From contig CM052817.1 of assembly GCA_028534125.1 (NCBI GenBank), positions 50,346,001 to 50,410,000 on the forward strand: a stretch of 64,000 bases of DNA. The letters are read 5' to 3'. The notes beneath the pieces are model-generated. The model did not search any database, was not told where the DNA came from, and saw only the letters and a list, made by a program, of their open reading frames with translations. This DNA comes from Lama glama. Lineage: Eukaryota. A program made the translations under genes and the position numbers. Shown here in pieces: positions 26,060 to 37,559 of this stretch. How positions within the stretch are numbered: the first letter of the stretch is position 1; each line of letters opens with the position of its first letter.

Positions 26060-29000
26060 GACAAGCTATAGAAATAAAATTTTAAAACCCAATGGCAAAA
26101 AGGACTAGGGAAGGGAGCCATGGAAGTATACTGTTACTGAGTTCTTACATTATTCAAAATAATGCAATGTTATTTCAAAGTAGACTGTGATAAATTAAAG
26201 ATGCAAGTATAAACCCGAGAGCAATCATTAAACATAAAATAAGACAGTATATATAATAATGTAGCAGTGAAGATAAAACATATTGAAAGAAACCTTAATT
26301 AATAAAATGAAGTGAGAAAATACAAAAAGGGAACAAAGAACAGATGGCCTAAACAGAAAACACAGTAAGATGGTAGACTTAAACTCAACTATATTGAAAA
26401 TTATATTAAACATAAGCCATCTAAATACTCCAGTTGAAAGTCAGGGATGAGCAAACTGGATTAAAAAATAACTGCATATTTTTTATCAGAAAATGCACTT
26501 TTTATGTAGACACAGATAAGTAAAAGTAAATAATGGAAAAGTTACATTGTGCAAACCCTCATCATAAGAAAACTGAAATGTCTGTGTTAATAATAGATAA
26601 AATAGACTTAAAGCACAAAAATATTTCTTTTCTTTTTTTTTTTTTTTTTTACTTCTCCAACGGATTTATTTTCTTTAAAGGAATGGATTTTGAAGAGAAA
26701 AACATGGGGCAGAGAGGTATGCAATAGAAAATAAATACAAATGTAAGCTGTTTTGCTAATTGCTTTATAGCCACAACAAATTAGTACAGAGAATGCCCTG
26801 TACGCAACAACACAATAAAGGTTCAAAGATTGAGGTGTTGCCTTAGGCAAAGCTAAAGATTTCAGTCTCTGGTATTTGGAATTTAGGCTACAGTCCTTGG
26901 TTTTGGATGGATCACTGGTTGTGTGGCACAGTCCATGCTTTTAACCAGATTTGAACAGAAGAATGGCTACTTGGCCCAGGTAGAAGTAGATGAAGTGTTT
27001 GGTTTCATGTGTCACCTAACTACCGAAGTTCCTCCCCACAGTGCAGTGCCAGGTAGAGTTGTACTCCTTGTCAAACTCCTTCTTGATATGGGCCTCAATG
27101 TCCTCTTTATTATACTTCTCCAGTGCCTGAGTAGCACACTCCATCTAGTCCTGTTGCATCTCCTCCGACATACCGGCATTTTTGATCACGGCCTTTCGGT
27201 CACACGTGGTTACCAAGGAGCAGGGCCTAGCCGACCACAACGGTCTCCTGGGGGAGGGGCTGGCGAGGTTCAGACCCGACAAGAGCAGCGATTGCTACTG
27301 AAGCTATGGCGAATCTCACAAAAATATTTCTAATGTTCTTTAATAACAATGAAATGTCAATTTATCAAGAAGATAAACTTAGGAGAATTTTGAAATGCAT
27401 GGAACAAAAACTAAAGGAGTGAAATAAGAAATAGATAAATCCACAATTATAGTTGGAGATTGCAGTACCTTTCTTTGAGTAATCAATAGAATAGGAAGAC
27501 AGAAAATAGGAAACAGGGTATTTGAACAATACTACAAGAAACTCGACTTAATTGACAGTTGTGGAATACTGTACCTGACAGCAGAATACATATTTTTTTC
27601 AAGTGCACTTGGAACATTCACTAAAATAAACTATATACTAAGCATAACAGGATTATTAACATACTTAAAATATTTGAAGTTATATGCAGTATGTCCTTTG
27701 AGCACAAAGGATTATTCTTTAATAATGAACAGGAACTTTCTTCATATTTATAAAAATCCCCAAATAGAAAAAAAAATCAAAAAGAAAATTAGGGAATCTT
27801 TTGAACTGAATGGTAATGAAAACACAATATAAGGTTTTTCATTAAGCCAAAGTAGTGTTTAGTGGCAATTTAAGCTTTAAATTTCTGTATTAAATAAGGA
27901 AAAATGCCTAAAATTAATGTCTCAAAGAAGGAAATGATAAATAAACGAAATCAGTGAAATAGAAAAAAATCTATAACATTGAAACTTGAATTTTTTTTTG
28001 GAAATCATTAATGAATTTGATAATCTAGCTAGACTTATCAGGGAAAAAATTACAGAACACACAAATGGCCAACATCAGAAATGAAAAAGGAGACATCAAA
28101 TTCTACAGACATTAAAACAACAATTAAGGAATATTATGAACAATTTTATGCCACTAAATTTGACAAATTAGATGTAATAGACAAATTCTAAAACTTGTAC
28201 AATAAATAGGAAATCTAAATAGCTCTATATCCATTAAAGACATTGAATTAATAATTAATACATTTCTCACAGTCTGAATGGCTTCTCTGGTGACTTCTAC
28301 TAAGCATGTATGGAAAAATAAATACTGTTACAACACAAATGTTTTTTAAAAATAAAGGAGAAGAGAACACTGTCTGAACTCATTTTTTTTTTGAGGCTAA
28401 AATTATCCTGATACTAAAACCAGACTGATACTTTACAAACAAATGAACAAAAATACAGGAGAAAAATCTCTCATGAACGTAAGAGGAAAAAAATATCCTT
28501 AACAAAATCAAATCAAATGACATATGAAAAGGAAATACATCATGACAAGTTGGGATTTTCCTGGGAATGCAAGATTGTTTAAACATTTGAAGATTAGTAA
28601 CTGTAATTCATTATTTTAATAGAAAAAGGAAAATTAACAATATAACCCTCTAAAAATGTAGAAGCATTGAACAAAATTAAATAGTCATTCATTTATAAAA
28701 AAAAAACTCAACAAAGTAGGAATAGAAGTAAACTTTCTCAGTCTGATAAAGGACATTTATGAATACCCTAAAGTGACAGTTATTAATGCTGGTACTTTCC
28801 CCCTAAAATTGGGAACAAGATAAGGGTATCTTTTTTAACACTTTTGTTTAGCATTGTAGTAGATGCTCTAGCCAGTGTAATAATATAAAGAGAAATTTAA
28901 AAAGGCTAACAGATTTAATAGAAGTAAAACTATTTTTATTCACAGAGAGCATGTTTGTTGTATATGCAGAAAATCCCAAGGAATCTACAAAAAAACTAGT

Positions 29001-30780
29001 AGAGCTAATAAATGAATTCACGTCGGGTGCAGGATACGCAATTGGTATATAAACAAACAAACAAAAAAACCCAACAATTTTATTACTATGCATATGCAAC
29101 AAACAATTGAAAACGAATAAAAAATACCATTTACAAGGGTATCAAAACATAAAATATTTGGGATAAACTTTAAAAAATATGTAAATCATATATATTGAAA
29201 ACTACAATACATTATTGATAGAAATTAAAGATGTAAGTAAATGGAAAGATATACTATGTCCATGAATTAAGAGACAACATTTTAAAATATAAATTGTTCC
29301 CACATTTAGATATATGCACAAAACAATCCTAGTCAGAATATCAGTAGAGTATTTTTTTTTTATGGGGGTAGAAATTAGCAACCAGTTTTTAAAATTTAAA
29401 AGGCTATACAAAAGCTAAAACAGTCATGAAAAAGAAGAACTAGAGAAATTTGGAGAATGTACACTACTTCAAGACTTACAAACCATGGAAATCAAGACAG
29501 TGTGGTACGAGTATAAGAAAAGACATACAGATCAATGACCAGATCGAGTGCCTATAAAAATATAGAGACACAAATATGGTTAAGTGATATTTAACTAGAG
29601 TGCCAGGAAACTCAGTAGGGAAAGGACAGTCTTTGAAGGAAATGGTATTGGAAAAACTAGATATCCATATAGAAAAATGAACCATTACTCTTGTTTCACG
29701 TATTTATATACTTAGGTAAAACAAAACCTATAATTCTAGAAGAAAGTACAGAATTAAGTCTTCTTGATCTTTTCTTAGGACACAAAAACATGAATTATCA
29801 ATTGTAAAAATTAACAAACTTATTCTTTAAAAGACTTACATAAATGAAATGGCAAGCTACAGGTTGCAAGAAAATATCTGCATTACATGCATCTGAAAAA
29901 TGAATTGGTATGTAGAATATATAATGAACTCTTACAATTCAGTAACAAATAACCCAATATAAAATGTGCAAAAGATTTGAACAAATAATCAGGAGGTATA
30001 TAAATGATTGGTAAGCTCTTGTAAAGATGCTCAACATCCTTAATAGTCAGGGAAATAGAAATTAAAACTACAGTGAGATCCTATTGCATACCTGTTAGAA
30101 TGGCTAAAATTAAGAAGACTGAAAAAGACAAAATGTTGTTGAAGATGTGTAGCAACTGGAACTCTCATACATTGCTAAGAGGAGTATAAAATGTTACAAC
30201 AACTTTGAGAAACTATTTGAGAGCTCTTGTAATATTAAAAATGGAAATTCTATATAATGTAGCAATTCTACTAATATGTTTTTACTCAAGAACAATTAGA
30301 CATTTGTCCACAAAAATCTTGTATAAGAATGTTCATGGAGACTTTATTTCTAATAGCTAAAAACCTGGAAATGACTTCAATATCCATCAATAAGTGAATG
30401 AAGAAACAAATTATAGTGTATCTATACAACGAAAACTAATCATCAGTAAAAGGAATAAGCTATTGATACAAGTAACACTGTGGAGAAATCACTACAATAC
30501 CACTCTAAGTAAATGGAAACAAGATATAAAAGCAGGCATACTTTATGATTCTATTCATGAGAAGCTCTAGAACAGGTAAAGGTAAATTACAGTGTCAGTG
30601 AACGTATCAGTAGTTCCCTTTAGCTGAGGTGGGGTAGGTTTAGGGAGGGGGCTTATCTGCAAAGAGGCATGAGGAAATATTTTGAAGTGATGGAAATATC
30701 ATGTATCTTAATTGTGGCAGTGGTTATATTTGCCACAACTTTTTGAAATGCAAATAACAATAAATGGGTGTATGTTAACT
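26060..30780 (+). mobile_element. Long ancient L1 (L1MD/L1ME-like): inter-ORF region, degraded ORF2 and 3' end; hosts the DYNLL1 retrocopy
   Basis: Collinear ORF2 motifs: 'gaaatagataaatccacaattatagttggagat', 'ggaatattatgaacaattttatgcc', 'gggattttcctgggaatgcaagattgtttaacatt', 'gaaaatcccaaggaatctacaaaaaaactagtagagctaataaatgaattc', 'gcaactggaactctcatacattgct'; 3' end 'gtgatggaaatatcatgtatcttaattgtggcagtggtta'. No long open frame. Confidence 0.9.
26629..27316 (-). pseudogene. DYNLL1: Processed pseudogene of dynein light chain LC8-type 1
   Basis: Minus-strand 27207..26941 translates as (ACG)[85 protein letters not shown]. Intronless, with 5' UTR (27208-27316), 3' UTR, AATAAA (26665-26670), poly(A) (~26629-26650) and perfect 15-bp TSD cacaaaaatatttct (26614-26628, 27317-27331). 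Lesions: ATG>ACG, TAG at 27145-27147 and 27016-27018, one codon deleted. Confidence 0.97.
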
Positions 30781-30794
30781 ATTTGTATTTATAT

Positions 30795-31155
30795 TGGATT
30801 ATGGTGGGCCCTAATCCAATGACTGGTGTCCTTACAAGAAGAGGGAAATTTGGACATAGAGACATGCACAGAAAGCAGACAGTGTGAGATGCCAGGAAGA
30901 CAGCTGTGTGGAAGACAGAGGCAGAGATTAAAGTGATATATCTACAAGCAAAAGAATGCTATAGATTTCCTGCTGTCCCCCCAAAGCAAGGAAGAAGCAA
31001 GGGAGTCTCTTTCCCCAGAACTTTCCATGAGAGCACGACCCTTTCAAGACTTTGATGTCTGACTTCTAGCCTTCATATCTGTAAGAGAATAAATTTATTT
31101 TATCAGAAGCCCCAGTTTGTAACACTTATTACAACAGCTCTAGGAAACTGACGCA
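30795..31155 (+). mobile_element. MaLR LTR (MLT1B/C-like), 5' part missing
   Basis: 'ggtgggccctaatccaatgactggtgtccttacaagaagagg...gacttctagcc...agaataaattt...cagctctaggaaactgac'. Confidence 0.85.
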
Positions 31156-31169
31156 ATACTCAATATTTA

Positions 31170-33010
31170 AAGTGTGATGCAAGAAAATATGGTGCTGTGT
31201 AAGAGCTAACATAATACTAGTTTGGATTCCTAGGGAGGATCTCTTAATGAAATTATCTAGCTCAGATGGAGAGGTAAGTAGCAGTTAGTTAAGAGGAAGA
31301 TGAGGGCAGTGAGGAAGAGAAAGGTACCCATGTAGAAAGAACAGCATTTACAAAGTTTCTGAGTCAGCAAAGATCTTGCCATGTTCCTAGACTTGGAGAG
31401 AAAGCAGTTTGCTGGAGACTGGGGAGGAAAGGGCAGAGATGAGATTGGAAAGAGGTCTTTTGGATTCAGAGAGTGCCTTTTAAGACACATTAAGGAGTTT
31501 GTTATTTTTTAAAAATGTAGTGGAAAACCATTTTATGGTTTTGAACAAGAGATTGATCAAATTGGATTTGGTTTTTCAATTGATCAGCCTAATTTCTCTA
31601 TAAAGAAATCATAGAAATACAGGAGAATGAGCAAAAAAGAAAATTAGGAGGATTTAAGAGGATAACTACTGTAGTAATTAAAGTGATGGACATAACTGGC
31701 TTAAACTAGGGTGGAGAAATGTGACAGGCAGACTTATTTGAGAACATTTTGGAGATAGACTCACCAGGACTTGGTAATGGATTGGATGTGGGGGTGAAAG
31801 AGAGTGAGGTAATAAGAGCAACTCTCTGGTTTCTGGCACAATTAGATGGCTGAAAATGCAGTTTACCATGATGGAAAGACTGAGGGGGAACCTGGTTTGG
31901 CAGGAGATCAAAAGTTTTGTCTTGGGTCTCCTAAATATTAGATGCTTGTGAGGTATCTAAGAGAATATGTGTCTAAGAAATAGTTGGATAGGTAAGCCTA
32001 GAGTTTAGAAGCGAGGTCTGGGCTAGAGATACATGTTTTGAATTGTATACATAGGTGATATTTTAAATCATGGGAGTGGATAAGAACATTTAAGGAAAGA
32101 GTGTATAGTGATTAAAAGCCTTACACTGAACCCTGAGGAATTCCAATCTCTTCAGAGGTTGGATAAGAAAAGTAGTCAACAAAAGTGGCTGAAAAGACCA
32201 GCCAGAAGGGTAGAAGGAATATCTGGAAAGGACAGTGCCAGTGGAAGCAAAATATTCAGAGTGTTAACAAATGAAAGCATATTCAACTATGTAAAAATAG
32301 TTGACATGCCAAGTTGACATACTCTTCACCAATATTCACTGTCCCTCCCTGTTAAAGTCTTGCATGGCAATGGACTTGTTTTTACCAGAAGTGACATATC
32401 ACTTCTCGCTAGCACATACGGCACTTACCTGTTTTCTTTAGTCATAACACAGCAATGTTCCAAGGAGAGGATGCTCCATCAGCATCAACTTGGCTTCTAC
32501 AGTGAAGGCACACCATAGCTGATCTGTGATGGGCATGTAACATGGGTAAAAAATCAGCCGTTGTAGTTGTTTGGGTCTTTTGTTACTAACGGAAAATCTA
32601 GCCTGTTTTGAATGATAAACCAAGTAAGGTACATGCAGAAAAGAAGACCCTGGATTTGGCAATATAGATATTTGGTAATATTTGAAAAAGCATTTTCAGC
32701 AGTGTGGTAGCTGTAGGTATTAATGTGAAATTACATGAAGAATGAATGGAAGATGAGGAATTGGAGATAGTCTAAACACTGAAGCATCTTTGTAGAGTGG
32801 AGCAGAGAAATAGTGTGGACAAGCAGGGTGGGGAATATGAATCCAAAATTTTATCTTCTTAAGATACAGATGGAATTAAAACATGTTGAAACATTGAATG
32901 AGACGATTCAATAGAGAGGAAGAAGGCTAAAGTTGCAGAAGAGAGAATGACTGGAGAGTAGTCTCTAAGAAGGGAAAGAAGAGAAAAAGGAGGTAGATGG
33001 GAATCTGATA
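31170..33010 (-). mobile_element. L2 LINE (fragmented, interrupted by a MaLR LTR)
   Basis: 'ggacttggtaatggattggatgtgggg', 'ggtttctggcac', 'gaggtctgggctagagatacatgttttga', 'ttttcagcagtgtggtag'. Confidence 0.75.
32315..32620 (+). mobile_element. MaLR LTR (MLT1I/J-like)
   Basis: 'cagaagtgacatatcacttc', 'gcaatgttccaag...tgctccatcagc', 'tttgttactaacggaaaatctagcctgttttgaatgata'. Confidence 0.6.
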
Positions 33011-34109
33011 GGACCTCTGCTTCAGCAGTTGAGAAGAAGAAGTAGATAGGGTGCATGTCCAGGGCTAGGAGAATTTGTAATTCTAAACAAAGGTAAATGT
33101 CTTTTAAAAATATCCACGTTTTGGAACCAACCTTCAACTCAGTTTTATAGCTCCACTTTATTATGTAGGGATTTGATACCGTGTCTTACATAAACCCTCA
33201 GTTTAACCAAACTAAATTTGGTTAAAAAAATTCCATTAGGTTTCCATCTGCTTCATTCAGATTTATAGGGTGATTCTACTTGACTTTATAAAATTCTTTG
33301 CCTTTAAGATACCCAAGTTAAAATCTAGGTGGTGTTGGAAATCTCTCATTCTTGTGAGTCAGAGTGATTGATCCTTTAAGCAAAGCTTTACTGATGATAT
33401 TCATTTATGCATGCCCTGCCCTGCTCTGTACCTCTAAGCATCAGAGCCTCCTGATCCTCCCATCCAAAAGCATTTCCAGAATCTCCTTAACAGCTTATAG
33501 CACTCTGCTTTGGGGACTGATGGATAAGACATTGCAAGCTTTTTGGGGGAAAGTGTGGCTATCATTTATTTTCTAGGGAATAAGTAGTATTGCACACATC
33601 ATGATAAAAATGGATGAGTATGAAGTTATTTCCTAAAAGAATATAAAGATGTTTTACAAGATGCAGTGTAATTGTTAGGATTTGTCCCTGGCCCAGTCTA
33701 ATGTTGACAGGGACACAGCCAGGATATGTCTGAAACATTTTCCCCAGGCCTTATTGAATAGCAAATGTAATTCCTGGGGGAAAGCTTGATGTTCATGGTC
33801 TTTGATGTACTTGCAGTTGAAAGTCAGGATAAAAGCTTATTCTACGGCTCTGACAGCTTGGCGGATATATTCATGCTAAATCGTACGGGTTCTTAATGCT
33901 TGTATTTTCACAACGTTAATTGTAATTTACCAACATCTTGTTAATTTCAAATGCATTTATAATGGTTTTGAACCATTCCTGTCTTGAAAGACTCTGGTGA
34001 GATCTCTCTTCACACTTGAGCAAGTAGTGGCAGGGAAGATTAAGTAAGTGATCTTTCCTCCTCCTTCTCTTTCTTTTCTACCTCTCCTTCATCGTTTTCT
34101 TTCTCTCCC

Positions 34110-34111
<2 letters not shown>

Positions 34112-34153
<42 letters not shown>
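34112..34153. repeat. (TG)21 microsatellite
   Basis: Perfect dinucleotide run read directly. Confidence 0.97.
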
Positions 34154-34154
<1 letters not shown>

Positions 34155-34404
34155 AGGGGCTTCTTACTCCCTTCATCCTATTTATTCTTTTCTAACTTAC
34201 ATGTTAGATAAATTAAATATTCAGTACAAATAAACTTTAAGACTCCATTGTAAAATTATAGTATTATAGATCTGTTGATACCAAATACTCAATTTCAGGT
34301 GTCACTCACAGCCATTTGGATATTATCTCTTGTTTCTTGTGTATATGAATGGCTGCATACATAAAATACTTAACATAGGACTAGTAATTTAAAAACTTAA
34401 AAAA

Positions 34405-34665
34405 AATTTTATTGAAATGTAGTTGATTTACAATGTTATTTTCAGGTATACAGCAAAGTGATTCAGTTCTACATATACATATATGTATTTTTTCTTTCTT
34501 TTCAAATTCTTTTCCATTATATGTTATTACAAGAAATTGAATATAATTCCCTGTGCTATACAGTAGGTCCTTGTTGTTTATCTATTTTATATATAGTAAT
34601 GGTGTCTGTTAATTCCCCAAATCTGAATTTATCCCTCCCTGCCCTTTCTCCTTTGCTAACCATAG
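34405..34665 (-). mobile_element. Lineage-specific L1 3' end
   Basis: Same family as 10836-11088: 'ttattgaaatgtagttgatttacaatgtt...ttccctgtgctatacagtaggtccttgttg...taaccat'. Confidence 0.85.
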
Positions 34666-34742
34666 TAAATTATAAATGTCTAACAATCTTCTCTCCTTTT
34701 ATATACCCTGATCTTGGTCTCATATTGACATTGCTCAAGTAC

Positions 34743-35254
34743 TGTAAGGCCTAATATTTCAAGTGCTTCTTGATATCTTTGAGCCTCACAGGGCCCCAAA
34801 GACCTAACTGTGAGTTGCTTCCCTTGCTCTTGTCAGATGTACTTTCTACCGGCAAAAAAGGCTCCCCGCCCAGCTAGCTCCCCTGTTAACTGGACTAGCT
34901 GCACCCTACCTGGTCCTCAACCTGATGGATTACACTTCCCTTCCTGCACATAGAATTACTCAACAAGACAGCCACATCCTACAGCAGGAACAAGGGGCAC
35001 ATTACCCTCTTGCTACTATAAACTTTCTACCCACAGCCACTGTTGGTTCACTGTGCTCCTGAATGCAACCCCTGTGTTTTACTGCACAGTATATAGTGTC
35101 TCCTTCCCTCAAGCTGTGAGTATATATGACTAACAAACTTTTCTCAGTCTCGTGTGTCCATTGTTGGGGAGCATGTGCTCAGGCATCTTGTAATATTTAG
35201 AGAAGGAGATCCTTTTTTTTTACCAACAGGGTGAGTAGGATGTAATCAGAAACA
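34743..35254 (+). mobile_element. ERV-L solo LTR (MER74-like)
   Basis: TG...CA ends; 'tgtaaggcctaatat', 'gctgtgagtatatatgactaacaaact', 'accaacagggtgagtagga...aaaca'. Confidence 0.75.
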
Positions 35255-37559
35255 TCTCATTTCTATCTTCATAGAGGAACAAATATCACATCCTGCTGGA
35301 TTTTAATCAGGCTTAAAGTCTCTCTGATTAATCTAATTTCACTTTTATTTTCATATACAAACTTTAAAAGAGTGACAAGTTTTGACAGTATTTAAAATTT
35401 TGGATAGATTTAGGCTACTGCTTCTTTCCTTTTCAGCTGTTTTCAATAATTTATATACACGCATATTTTAAGCTACTTCAGCTTTTATAATGGTTTTGAA
35501 CATGGTTAGTAGAAGTTGCCTTTACAACAATTTGAAAACAATGTTAAAAATAAAAAAAACAAATGATCTATTTATTTTTGAAAAATTGCCTATCAAAGTG
35601 ATTGCCCAACTCAAACAAATCTGTCATTCACGTTTGTATGTGTATATCTAACTGTGACCCTGTTGTCTAGAGAAACTCTTTTGAAATTAAAAAAGAAATT
35701 AGTGAGTCATTTTTAAATCTAAGTGGATTAGTGGCTAAGGCTTGCAATAACATAAACAATCAGTGGAGATTATAACTAAATTTCTCTACCCAAAGTATAC
35801 TTTCTAAGTCAGTGAAGCCTTAAATTAATGAATTCGTTCATTCATTGATTCAGCATGTACTTATACTCCTATGTGTGTACTAAGTTAACTACTTTGGAGG
35901 GTGCTGAGAGGATAATAAAAATTGCTTAGGACATAATACGAGGCTAAGAATCTAAGCCAACTCATAAAATTACAAAATTGTAGAGCTGGGAATGACTAGA
36001 ATTTCTAAACCAAGGCTCAGAGAATCAAGAGTCTTACCAAAGATCACACAAACTCTGTTAGCCTGATAGGCTGCAATGTGCATTATAAAAGTGATTCACT
36101 GAATGACAGTGACAAGAAAAGCAGTTCTCTTTCAAGTGCCAAACATGTGAAGCAATCAAAATATGTTATAGGAGATAAGAGAGATAAGTGTAGGTAGTCC
36201 TTATTTATGAGAGTTCATGAAGAAAGGAGGTTTTTAGCTGAGCCCAGGAATGGTTTAATATAACTTTCACATGCAAGGGGAAAGGCTAAGGACATTTTTA
36301 TTAAAAGGGATATCAGAAGCACAATTCTCTATATTTAGGAATGTGGTGAATATATGCTTGGGTCCATAGGGTTACTGACTGAATTAGAAGTTAAATTGCT
36401 TTTTAGAAATAAGAGTACATAGTAAAATAAGAAGTTAGAAAATATTAGTGCAGTAAGTTAGCTAGTAGAAGTGTTAGTAAAATTCTATAATTTCTATGAT
36501 TTTAGAGAGTTGATGTGGTTGCAGAATACTTCTAAAATAAACAAGAAGCAGCTTAGGCACTTGAGAAATCATGCTTACCATTGTTTGTTGTCTGCCTCAT
36601 GAGAAGTTTGAAAGACCAATTTAGTTTCCATGGATGTTAGAAAAGTTACTCCAACTTGGCTTGTCTCATTATTCTCCATCACACCTCACCAAAATTGATT
36701 CCTGCTAATGACCAGACATGTCCACAGTTGTTTGAACCAATATTAATAATGATTATCATTTATTCAACATCTACTGTGTGCTCATGCACTGTGATGCAAG
36801 TTAAAATACCTTTCTCTTGTATTGGAGAAAGTGATATCTTGTTAGGGTAGATATATGCTTCTCTCTTTTTGTGCTAGAAAATGAAAGTTATCCATCATTC
36901 ATGCCTAGAGGGAGGAAGTAGGGTACACTTTTTGTACCAGCATCTTGAGAGTAACTCACCTTGGAAATTGACTCATATTTGGGCTTTGAAGCTGTCATTT
37001 CCCCTATGAGAAGATAATTGTAATAGGGCCAGAACTGACAAGTGGTATTTTGATGTAAACAATGAACAAACCAACAGATCAATAAATGCTGAGCAAGGCA
37101 TGCTTCACCTCAGATTATATTGACTTACTGTAAAAATAATGGAGTGACAAAATGAAAATGTGTTATGTTTTATCTGAGTTATGGTCATAGCAATATAGAA
37201 AGTAATAGATTAACTCAGATAAGACCTGCTGCAAAAAAAGCATCAAGAACGACTGTAAGAAAATCAATTTGCGAACACCTTCATGGAAGGTGTTTCTAAG
37301 GAACAATCACCACACTTTACTAAAGAAAAAGACCTGTCACACTTACTTGTTCACTATCGGTAATATAGGACCAGGCTGTCTAGGAATTACATTTTTATTT
37401 TAGCTAAGGATTTAACCTTCAACAGAGGTTGTTTTAGTAATGTTATTACTCAGGTCAATGTCCTAGAGCATCAAAATTCAAAATCTTGAGTGCTTTTTGA
37501 CAAGATCTTGGAAGTAAAACAGTGATTGACAACGATCTGTATCTTTGGACCAGTATGAT

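Noticed and set aside
33202..33226. 10-bp-stem hairpin tttaaccaaa/tttggttaaa
   Set aside because: Short AT-rich inverted repeat, expected by chance in 64 kb; no MITE or ncRNA context.
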